From NCBI GenBank assembly GCA_028719205.1, contig JAQUKH010000029.1, positions 1 through 32,287 on the forward strand: 32,287 nucleotides of DNA, given 5' to 3'. The stretch is from a bacterium. Lineage in GTDB: Bacteria; JACRDZ01; JAQUKH01. Made by a program: the position numbers and the translations under genes. The stretch's first letter is position 1. Every line of letters starts with the position of its first letter. Positions 18,728-26,082 of this stretch are shown here, piece by piece. Under the pieces are notes generated by a model, which made no database searches, was not told where the DNA came from, and saw only the letters and a program-made list of their open reading frames with translations.

Positions 18728-19473
18728 TCTTCTCCCTCATGTATTTTTCCAAAACGGCGTTTTCTTTTCTGGTAGTCCAGGATGGCTTTAAGTAAATGGA
18801 TCTTCCTGAAGTCAGGCCAGAGAATATCCGTGATCCATAATTCAGTGTACGCGAGCTGCCAGAGCATAAAATTACTTAGTCTGTATTCGCCGCTGGTCCG
18901 GATCAAAAGATCCGGCTCCGGAAGCCCTGAAGTATAAAGAAAACTGCTGAAACTTTCTTCGTCAAATTCTTTTAAATTGAGGCCTGAAGACTCATATTTT
19001 TCGATAATTTTTCTGACAGCCTCCAGTATGTCAACCCGCCCGCTGTAATTAAGCGCGAGATTAAGTATAAGTCCCGTATTATTTTTTGTTTTATCAATGG
19101 CATTGTATATTTCCTGCTGGGCGAACAGGGGCAACTCCTGAATACGGCCGATAGCCATGACTTTTACATTTTTTCTCTGAAGTTCGTTTATTTCATTTCT
19201 TAAAAAAATTTTTAATAATTTCATTAAGGAGTTAATCTCGATTTTTGGCCTGTGCCAATTTTCAACAGAGAAGGCATAGAGGGTTAATGCCTGTATGCCG
19301 ATATCCGAGCACATGGTAATAATATCTTTTATAGCCTCAATGCCTGCTTTATGCCCCATGACACGGAGCAAACCCTGTTGTTTGGCCCATCTGCCGTTGC
19401 CATCCATAATGATAGCGATATGCCGCGGCATTTTTTCCGGATTAATAAGTTTTAACAGATCTTCTTCTTTCAT
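18709..19473 (-). CDS. uppS: Undecaprenyl diphosphate synthase
   Basis: HIAIIMDGNGRWA, YAFSVENW, DLLIRTSGEYRLSNF, LWPDF. Confidence 0.98.
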   Translation of the reverse strand: MKEEDLLKLINPEKMPRHIAIIMDGNGRWAKQQGLLRVMGHKAGIEAIKDIITMCSDIGIQALTLYAFSVENWHRPKIEINSLMKLLKIFLRNEINELQRKNVKVMAIGRIQELPLFAQQEIYNAIDKTKNNTGLILNLALNYSGRVDILEAVRKIIEKYESSGLNLKEFDEESFSSFLYTSGLPEPDLLIRTSGEYRLSNFMLWQLAYTELWITDILWPDFRKIHLLKAILDYQKRKRRFGKIHEGEECSENE

Positions 19474-19495
19474 CAGACTTGAAAACAGTAGGTAA

Positions 19496-20056
19496 TTAGA
19501 ATTCCAATACTTCTTTCTCTTTGATTTGCAGTAGCTGGTCGATCTTTACAATAAAATTATCGGTTGTTTTTTGGATTTTCTCCTGGTCCCGTTTCAGGTC
19601 ATCTTCCGATATTTCATGGCTTTTTTCCGCGCTTTTTAGTTTTTCAATAGCATCCCTGCGGATATTTCGAATAGTTACCTTAGAATCTTCAGATATTTTT
19701 TTCACATGTTTAACCAGTTCTTTTCTCCTCTCCTCGGTTAAAGGAGGAAGATTTAATCTGATATTTTGTCCGTCAACTACCGGATTTATCCCGATGTCGG
19801 ATTTGTTGATCGCTTTTTCTATTTCCTGGATAGCTGCCTTATCCCAGACTTGAATAAGTATCAGCCTTGGTTCAGGAATACTTAAGGACGCGATCTGTTT
19901 TAAAGGAGTAGGGGTTCCATAATAATCTACCATTATTCCGTCAAGGATCGCGGTAGAAGCGCGTCCGGTCCTTATGGATGCTATCTCTCTGCGAAACACT
20001 TCAATCGTCTTATTCATATGATTTTCCATGTCCTGATAAACTAATTTTACATCCAT
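19496..20056 (-). CDS. frr: Ribosome recycling factor
   Basis: IRTGRA, YYGTPTPL, PPLTEERRKEL, RNIRRD. Confidence 0.98.
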   Translation of the reverse strand: MDVKLVYQDMENHMNKTIEVFRREIASIRTGRASTAILDGIMVDYYGTPTPLKQIASLSIPEPRLILIQVWDKAAIQEIEKAINKSDIGINPVVDGQNIRLNLPPLTEERRKELVKHVKKISEDSKVTIRNIRRDAIEKLKSAEKSHEISEDDLKRDQEKIQKTTDNFIVKIDQLLQIKEKEVLEF

Positions 20057-20069
20057 GATTTATCTCCTG

Positions 20070-20114
20070 ACCACCCCTTAATCCCCTCCTTGCCAAGGAG
20101 GGGACGGGGGAGGT
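20070..20114. repeat. REP-like palindrome TCCCCTCCTTG-C-CAAGGAGGGGA with C/G-rich flanks
   Basis: ACCACCCC...TCCCCTCCTTGCCAAGGAGGGGA...GGGGGAGGT between pyrH and frr; same architecture as 490-594 and 27996-28068. Confidence 0.7.
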
Positions 20115-20116
20115 AT

Positions 20117-20839
20117 TTATTTAACGGTGGTTCCTACTTTTTCTCCCTGAATTATTCTTTTTATCACGTCTTTTTCATTCATATTAAAAACATTAATAGG
20201 TATTTTATTATCCATACAAAGCGTTATTGCCGTGCTGTCCATGACTTTCAGCTTCTTTTTAATAACGTCGATATATGACAATTCATCAAATTTTACCGCG
20301 TCCGGGTTTGTCATAGGGTCATCGCTGTAAATACCGTCGACCTTGGTGGCCTTAAGTATAACATCGGCGCAAGTTTCAGCCGCGCGCAAAGCGGCAGTAG
20401 TATCAGTAGTGAAATAAGGATTGCCTGTTCCGCCCGCGAATATCACAATACGGCCTTTTTCGAGGTGCCTGATAGCCCTTCGCCTTATATAAGGCTCCGC
20501 GATACGGGGCATTTCGATCGCTGTCATTACCCGGGTGAAAGTTCCGATGTTTTCTAACGCGCTTTGAAGCGCCATCGCGTTTATTACCGTGGCGAGCATT
20601 CCCATATAATCGGCGGAGGTCCTGTCCATACCGTTTTTTGTGGCAGGCGCGCCCCTGAAAATATTGCCTCCTCCTATGACGATCGCGATTTCCACTTTCA
20701 AGGATTTAACATCTTTTATCATTTTCGCGACTTTTTCTATTACATCAAAGTCTATCCCGTTTCCCTGCGCGGGGCATAGTGATTCACCGCTTAGTTTGAT
20801 AAGTATTCTTTTGTAAATAGGTTTAATAGTATTAGGCAT
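20117..20839 (-). CDS. pyrH: UMP kinase
   Basis: [43 protein letters not shown]. Confidence 0.98.
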   Translation of the reverse strand: MPNTIKPIYKRILIKLSGESLCPAQGNGIDFDVIEKVAKMIKDVKSLKVEIAIVIGGGNIFRGAPATKNGMDRTSADYMGMLATVINAMALQSALENIGTFTRVMTAIEMPRIAEPYIRRRAIRHLEKGRIVIFAGGTGNPYFTTDTTAALRAAETCADVILKATKVDGIYSDDPMTNPDAVKFDELSYIDVIKKKLKVMDSTAITLCMDNKIPINVFNMNEKDVIKRIIQGEKVGTTVK

Positions 20840-20861
20840 ATTTTAACTCCAATTTAAAAAT

Positions 20862-20945
20862 AAGTCACAAGTTATAAGTCACAACGTCACAAGTAAATAC
20901 AAATTTATTTAACTGGTGACTTGGTGACTTTGTGACTGGCGACTT
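20862..20945. repeat. Inverted arrays of 7-8 bp tandem repeats (AAGTCAC / GTGACTT)
   Basis: AAGTCAC AAGTTAT AAGTCAC AACGTCAC (20862-20890) faces four GTGACT-like units (20916-20945) between tsf and pyrH. Confidence 0.8.
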
Positions 20946-20946
20946 T

Positions 20947-21540
20947 TTATTCCCCCAGTTTGAAACGGATAAATCTCCGTATAATGATATTTTCCCCTAA
21001 TTTTGCGATCCGTTCCGTTAAAATATTGTTGATCGAGACTTCCGGTGTCTTTACAAAAGGCTGTTCCATAAGGCAAATTTCAGCGCAATATTTATCAATT
21101 TTTCCCGGCAGGATTTTTTCAATAATATTATCGGGCTTTTTTTGTTCCTTTAACTGGAACGCGAAAATCTCTTTTTCTTTTTCCAGTACTTCCGGCGGGA
21201 TCTCTTCTCTTCTGACATATAAAGGATTAGCGGCCGCGATATGCATGGCGATATCTTTTGCGAGTGACTGGAAATCATTTGTTTTCGCGACAAAATCCGT
21301 TTCGCAGCTTATTTCCAATAAAACTCCGAGTTTCGCTCCCGGGTGGATATATGAGACAATGGTACCTTCTTTAGTAGCTCTTCCTGATTTTTGCATCGCG
21401 GTATCTATACCTTTTTTTCTCAATATTTCAACTGCTTTTTCCATTACACCATTTGCTTCTTCAAGCGCTTTTTTACAGAGCATCATGCCGGCCCCTGTTT
21501 TTTTCCTTAACTCATTTACATCACAAGCCTTAATTTCCAT
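20947..21540 (-). CDS. tsf: Translation elongation factor Ts (short form, 197 aa)
   Basis: LRKKTGAGMMLCKKAL, CETDFVAK, AMHIAA, GENIIIRRF. Start at 21540 follows AAGGAGG. Confidence 0.97.
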   Translation of the reverse strand: MEIKACDVNELRKKTGAGMMLCKKALEEANGVMEKAVEILRKKGIDTAMQKSGRATKEGTIVSYIHPGAKLGVLLEISCETDFVAKTNDFQSLAKDIAMHIAAANPLYVRREEIPPEVLEKEKEIFAFQLKEQKKPDNIIEKILPGKIDKYCAEICLMEQPFVKTPEVSINNILTERIAKLGENIIIRRFIRFKLGE

Positions 21541-21602
21541 ATTTCCTCCTTCAATGAGAACATTATTTATGAAGCACAAAGTGCGCATAGAAATAATAGT
21601 AC

Positions 21603-21636
21603 GAATTGAACCCCGATGCAACATCGGGGTAAATTC
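21603..21636. repeat. Palindrome GAATTGAACCCCGATG-CAA-CATCGGGGTAAATTC (copy 1)
   Basis: Hairpin in the tsf leader; a near-identical inverted copy lies at 24921-24954. Confidence 0.8.
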
Positions 21637-21685
21637 AATCTACGACTAAAATCTCCTTATCATTTAATAAGTTATGATTTCATAT

Positions 21686-21713
21686 ATTTTATCAAAATTT
21701 TGGTTTTTGTCAA
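21686..21713 (-). promoter_or_regulatory. Sigma70-type promoter of the tsf operon
   Basis: Minus strand TTGACA (21713-21708), 16-bp spacer ending in TGA, TAAAAT (21691-21686). Confidence 0.6.
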
Positions 21714-21789
21714 TTTATGAATAAAAAAATGTTGGATCCGCTATTTGGAAAAATATTTCTAAGAGATTAGCTGTATTATTTGGAATATT

Positions 21790-21798
21790 TGGTATAAT
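21790..21798 (+). promoter_or_regulatory. Extended -10 element upstream of the XRE regulator
   Basis: TG-G-TATAAT about 47 bp before ATG 21846. Confidence 0.45.
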
Positions 21799-21845
21799 AT
21801 AATATATGTAAATATTTGAGATTAAAATGATTATTTAAAAATAAA

Positions 21846-22391
21846 ATGAAAATAGGATATAGAATAAAAAAATTACGAACGCAGCAAAAAATTACCCTGA
21901 AGGAATTGGGAGAGAAAACAGGCTTGACTACAAGTTTTCTTTCACAGTTAGAAAGAGATCTGACCTCACCTTCGTTTACTTCATTAGGAAAAATTGCCGA
22001 GGCTTTAAATACAACAATGATTTATTTTTTCGAGGGGGAAGAACATAAAAAATGGGTGATAGTTAAAAGAGGAACAGTAAAAAGGCCAATTGATAAAAAA
22101 AAGAAATTGTTTTGTGAAACACTGGCCTCAGGGTTTTTGAATGTAAAAATGCAGCCTCATATTTTTACTATAGGAAAAGGAGGTGAACTTGCTAAAGAGT
22201 TGATTTATCCGGAAGGGGAGGGCTTTGGGATGGTCCTTAAGGGCAGGTTGGATTTGGCTTGTTCTGATGAAAAATTAGTTTTGGATGAAGGTGATAGTAT
22301 TTATTGTAATTCTATCCGCCGGCTTCAGAAGGTGACAAATATTGGAGATAAAGATGCTGAACTTCTTTGGATAATTTTTAGAACAGGATAA
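21846..22391 (+). CDS. XRE-family HTH transcriptional regulator with cupin domain
   Basis: IGYRIKKLR...TLKELGEKTGLTTSFLSQLERDLTSPS HTH; cupin segment GMVLKGRL...LDEGDSIY. Confidence 0.9.
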   Translation: MKIGYRIKKLRTQQKITLKELGEKTGLTTSFLSQLERDLTSPSFTSLGKIAEALNTTMIYFFEGEEHKKWVIVKRGTVKRPIDKKKKLFCETLASGFLNVKMQPHIFTIGKGGELAKELIYPEGEGFGMVLKGRLDLACSDEKLVLDEGDSIYCNSIRRLQKVTNIGDKDAELLWIIFRTG

Positions 22392-22422
22392 ATTATTTTT
22401 TTTAGGAGGTAAAAATTAAAAG

Positions 22423-22818
22423 ATGGAAGAAAATAAAAATTTTGAAAATAGGAGGGACCAACGCAGTGGAAAAAATTTATTTATTTTTTATAAGTTAAAA
22501 TCCGATACTCCAGATAAATCCATGGCAATCACCTGTAACATAAGCGGTAACGGTTTGATGTTTGAGACGGAAAGGGATATATTCAAGGACGAGATAATAG
22601 ACCTTGAAATTTATCAGCCTTTTAATCAATGTAAAAGCATATATTTATCTATTCCTGTAAAATCAAAGGTAGCCTGGATTGAAAAAATATGTAAAAATAA
22701 TTTTCATGAAGGAGAAAATAAATTTAAGGTTGGTATGGAGTTCATAGAAATTAATAAGGAAGACAGAAAGAAAATAGTCAAATATATAGAAAAAAATAAT
22801 TCTTATAAAAGGCCGTAA
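22423..22818 (+). CDS. Stand-alone PilZ-domain protein
   Basis: RxxxR (RRDQR) and NxSxxG (NISGNG) c-di-GMP motifs, KVAW, VGMEF; RBS AGGAGGT. Confidence 0.85.
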   Translation: MEENKNFENRRDQRSGKNLFIFYKLKSDTPDKSMAITCNISGNGLMFETERDIFKDEIIDLEIYQPFNQCKSIYLSIPVKSKVAWIEKICKNNFHEGENKFKVGMEFIEINKEDRKKIVKYIEKNNSYKRP

Positions 22819-22900
22819 TTTTTTTTGTCTGTTAAGTTAAGCCATACTTAATATTTATAACATGGACTTAATATATAGTATACTGTTAATGTAAATAAGG

Positions 22901-22997
22901 CTTCCGCACTCAGGGATCTGGAACTTTTGAGAAAACCGTTTCATCCCTCCGGTTTTTTTGAAAATGGCCGTGTTACCGGTATTTCTGGGTGTGGGAG
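22901..22997 (+). ncRNA. Candidate structured RNA / leader (long GU-rich rod hairpin), family unknown
   Basis: 22901-22917 pairs with 22981-22997 (17 bp including 5 G-U). Inner stems are CTGGAAC/GTTACCGG and TTTTGAGAAAACCG/CGGTTTTTTTGAAAA. Confidence 0.4.
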
Positions 22998-23043
22998 GTT
23001 TTATACTATCTTGAATTTATTGAAAAAATACCTGGGAGTTATA

Positions 23044-24483
23044 ATGGAAAATAGAAACAAAAATAGAAATAGAAAAAGTGGCGTTGAAATTATCGGGGAT
23101 CTTTCATGGGGAACACATCTCTGCCAATTTTACCGGACCAGGGAAGATTTAATTGAAGTACTGGTTCCTTATTTTAAGGCGGGATTGGAAAATAATGAAT
23201 TCTGTATATGGATTATTTCCGAACCTTTAGGAGTTGAAGAAGCAAAAGAAGCCCTGCGGAAAGAAATAGTGAAATTAGATGACTATTTTAGAAAAGGACA
23301 GATTGAGATATTAGATGTTGTTCAATGGTATGAAGAATCAGGAAGATTCAGCATGGATCTGGTATTAAAGAAGTGGGTAGAAAAAGAACATCAGGCTATA
23401 GAAAGAGGATTTAATGGTGTTCGTGCCAGTGGAGATACCTTTTGGTTAGGAAAAAACAATTGGCCTGATTTCATGAATTATGAAAAAAATGTAAATTATG
23501 TAATTGATAACTTTAAACTTATTGCTATTTGTACATATTCTCTTGATAAATACAGAAATGAAGAAATTATAGATGTAGTTGCAAACCATCAATTTGCCAT
23601 TATTAAAGAGGATGACAAATGGAGACGCGTTGAAGTTTCAGAGTTCAAAAAAACAGAAGAAAAAGTCCAGAAACTAAACAAATTTTTAAATAATATATTA
23701 GAATCATTTAGTTATCCCCTTTATGTAATAAATGCTGATGATTACATTATCCAGGCAGCAAATGAAGTTTCCGGTATGGCAAACTTATCGGAAAGTCAGA
23801 CCTGTTACGCGGTACTTCATAAGCGTAAAAAGCCCTGCAGTGGTGAACTTTGCCCGCTTGAAAAAGTAAAGAAAACCAAAAAAAATATAGTTATAGAGCA
23901 TACTCATTATGATGGGGATGGAAATGCAAAGTTTGTAGAAATTCACGGTTCTCCCATATTTGATGACAAAGGTAATGTAAAGCAAATGATAAACTACGTT
24001 AAGGATATAACCCCCCATAAAATAGTGTTAAATTCCCTGAAAGAGTCTAAAGAGGAACTGCAGAACCAGAAATTGGCTTTAGAACAAAAAGACCTGGCAC
24101 TAAAGGAAATGATAGAACATATTGAGAGGACAAAAAATAAATTAAAAGAAAATATTTCAATCAACATGAATGAAACAATATTGCCGGCTTTAGAGAAGTT
24201 TAAAATGAAAGGTGTATCTTCCGATCACGTTGACCTGCTTCATCGTTATATGGATGAATTAACATCTTCATTTGGCTCTAAAATAACACAAAAAAGTTTC
24301 AAGTTGACACCGAGAGAAGTTGAAATTTGTAATATGATAAAAAACGGTTTTAGTAATAAAGAAATCTCCGATTTCCTGAATATATCCCTCCAGACGGTTG
24401 AAATGCACCGCAAGAATATAAGAAAAAAATTAAACATATCTAATAAAGATATTAATTTATCCTCGTATCTGCATGAAATCTAA
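23044..24483 (+). CDS. One-component regulator: MEDS - PAS - coiled coil - LuxR HTH
   Basis: MEDS signature SGVEIIGDLSWGTHLCQFY...YFKAGLENNEFCIW...AICTY...HQF; PAS segment CYAVLH..PC...CP and HGSPIFDDKGNV; LuxR motif LTPREVEIC...SNKEIS...TVEMHRKNIRKKL. Start at ATG 23044 after GGGAG. Confidence 0.88.
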   Translation: MENRNKNRNRKSGVEIIGDLSWGTHLCQFYRTREDLIEVLVPYFKAGLENNEFCIWIISEPLGVEEAKEALRKEIVKLDDYFRKGQIEILDVVQWYEESGRFSMDLVLKKWVEKEHQAIERGFNGVRASGDTFWLGKNNWPDFMNYEKNVNYVIDNFKLIAICTYSLDKYRNEEIIDVVANHQFAIIKEDDKWRRVEVSEFKKTEEKVQKLNKFLNNILESFSYPLYVINADDYIIQAANEVSGMANLSESQTCYAVLHKRKKPCSGELCPLEKVKKTKKNIVIEHTHYDGDGNAKFVEIHGSPIFDDKGNVKQMINYVKDITPHKIVLNSLKESKEELQNQKLALEQKDLALKEMIEHIERTKNKLKENISINMNETILPALEKFKMKGVSSDHVDLLHRYMDELTSSFGSKITQKSFKLTPREVEICNMIKNGFSNKEISDFLNISLQTVEMHRKNIRKKLNISNKDINLSSYLHEI

Positions 24484-24693
24484 TTCATAAAATCAGAAGC
24501 TGTTTTACAAACCTTCCTTGATTTGTTTTATTTGGTGGGTATTTTTTATACCCTGTATCTACCTGTTAAGTTCCCGTTGACCATTTTACCCCGATGTATT
24601 AATCTTGACATCAGAAAAAGTTGTCGTATGTCGTACGCTTATCAATTTGATAGGAGCTATTTGGGAATCGATAAAATGGAAAGAAGAAAAAAA

Positions 24694-24921
24694 ATGATCG
24701 GGACAAGTAATATAATAGAGAAAACAGGAATATCCGCTGAAAGGCTGAGATACTGGGAGAGGCTTGGTATTGTTAAACCGGTGTATGTCCAATGCGGGAA
24801 GAGAAAATTTAGAAGATATTCAGAAGAGGATATCCATAGGGCTGTTTTAGTTAAAGTGTTAGTGGATACTGAGAAGTATTCTCTCGAGGGTGCGGTAAAA
24901 AAATTGGATGAAGAAAAATAA
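24694..24921 (+). CDS. Small MerR-family HTH protein (DNA-binding domain only)
   Basis: TGISAERLRYWERLGIVKP...RRYSEEDI. Alternative start at ATG 24676. Confidence 0.82.
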   Translation: MIGTSNIIEKTGISAERLRYWERLGIVKPVYVQCGKRKFRRYSEEDIHRAVLVKVLVDTEKYSLEGAVKKLDEEK

Positions 24922-24954
24922 ATTTGGCCCCGATGTGACATCGGGGTTCAATTC
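24921..24954. repeat. Palindrome AATTTGGCCCCGATG-TGA-CATCGGGGTTCAATTC (copy 2, inverted relative to copy 1)
   Basis: Its reverse complement GAATTGAACCCCGATGTCACATCGGGGCCAAATT matches 21603-21635. Confidence 0.8.
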
Positions 24955-25022
24955 ATAGACGGGTTTCGTCCTACGATCCCGAAATCGGGATCGTCTATTC
25001 ATTGAAAAAGGAGGTGATTAAC

Positions 25023-25229
25023 ATGGCAGTAGAAAAAACAATAGGTTCAAGTTCGTTGGTAGAGGTTATCGACAGAATATTGGATAAAGGAGTAGTGGTC
25101 GACGCTTGGGTAAGAGTATCTTTAGTTGGTATTGAAATCCTCGCGGTTGAAGCCAGAGTTGTAGTAGCGTCAGTTGAGACTTATTTGAAGTATGCTGAGG
25201 CTATCGGCTTGACAGCGACAGCAGCCTAA
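25023..25229 (+). CDS. gvpA: Gas vesicle structural protein GvpA, 68 aa
   Basis: [60 protein letters not shown]; perfect RBS AAGGAGGTG before ATG 25023. Confidence 0.98.
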   Translation: MAVEKTIGSSSLVEVIDRILDKGVVVDAWVRVSLVGIEILAVEARVVVASVETYLKYAEAIGLTATAA

Positions 25230-25317
25230 GCGATTAGGCAGTGAATTAAAGGGCTTCTTGCCGGATTATCCCCCGCTACTGAAGGCGTGGCATAGTTCGC
25301 CAAGGAATTCCTTTTAA
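25224..25317 (+). terminator. Stem-loops downstream of gvpA (attenuator / mRNA stabiliser)
   Basis: GCCTAA-GCGA-TTAGGC over the stop codon (25224-25239), then a long imperfect hairpin at 25246-25317 ending in CCTTTT. Confidence 0.55.
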
Positions 25318-25372
25318 ACTCAGAATTGTAAAACATCAGCAGCACAATTTATGAAGATTTAAAGGGGAAATC

Positions 25373-26008
25373 ATGCTTTTAACAGAAGAAATAAAAGATA
25401 CTATTATTAATAATGTGCTCTCTTCTTATGAAGATAAGATTGAAAATATCGGAGAGATTTTCCAGGATTCCTTCCTTGATACAAGCCATGAAGTCGAAAA
25501 GATCAATAACGAGTTAAAAGATATACTTGCCAAAAATTCCTCTTTAAGAAAAAAAGATTTCGACCAAATAATGTTTGGGACTTTTTCTTTTCAGGTAAAT
25601 CGCGAAAAAGAGGTAAGGGACCTATCAAAATCATATTTTAATGAACAAAAGGAAATGTCAAAAGGCTTGAGAGAAAATTTAAAGAAATTTAAAGAATCTC
25701 TCGCGAACGGCGAGATCCAGAGAATACAGGAATTTCAGGATATGATAAGAGAAATTCTTGTCAAGCAGGAAGAAAGAAAAAATGAAGTTACCTCTAAACT
25801 AAAAGAATTTCAAAAAGAACAGGAGCTGATGGCAAAGAGTCTCAGCGATCTTTTAGCCAAAGGAAGAGAACTCAGGATAAATGACCTCAAATTAATGCTT
25901 CAGGAATTCAATACTCAGAATAAAGAACGGATGCTGGATCATAAAAACAGGAAAGAGGATATTCGAGAGAAACTAATAGAATTTAAAAAAATGCGATTGG
26001 AATTGTAA
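25373..26008 (+). CDS. Alpha-helical coiled-coil protein in the gvp cluster, possibly a GvpC paralogue
   Basis: E/K/L-rich with no proline; LKEFQKEQ, LQEF and LIEFKKMR segments resemble the repeats of the next ORF. Confidence 0.6.
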   Translation: MLLTEEIKDTIINNVLSSYEDKIENIGEIFQDSFLDTSHEVEKINNELKDILAKNSSLRKKDFDQIMFGTFSFQVNREKEVRDLSKSYFNEQKEMSKGLRENLKKFKESLANGEIQRIQEFQDMIREILVKQEERKNEVTSKLKEFQKEQELMAKSLSDLLAKGRELRINDLKLMLQEFNTQNKERMLDHKNRKEDIREKLIEFKKMRLEL

Positions 26009-26082
26009 TAACATGTTGAAAACACCATTTGTTGTAAATTTATCGATTTAACCGGCCATAATAGGCACAAAAAGGAGAAAAA

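Noticed and set aside
20960-21649. 229-aa plus-strand ORF, and the longer tsf start at 21624
   Set aside because: The first is antisense to tsf. The tsf extension starts within a palindrome, whereas ATG 21540 has an ideal RBS.
22901-22997. SRP 4.5S RNA or 6S RNA identity for the long hairpin
   Set aside because: No SRP domain IV motif (CAGG...GGAA...AGCAG), and it is too short for 6S.
22927-23043. TTG-initiated extension of the MEDS protein
   Set aside because: It lies within the RNA hairpin; the MEDS domain begins just after ATG 23044, which has an RBS.
24523-24675. TTG-initiated extension of the MerR protein
   Set aside because: The region is promoter-like; the HTH begins after ATG 24676/24694.
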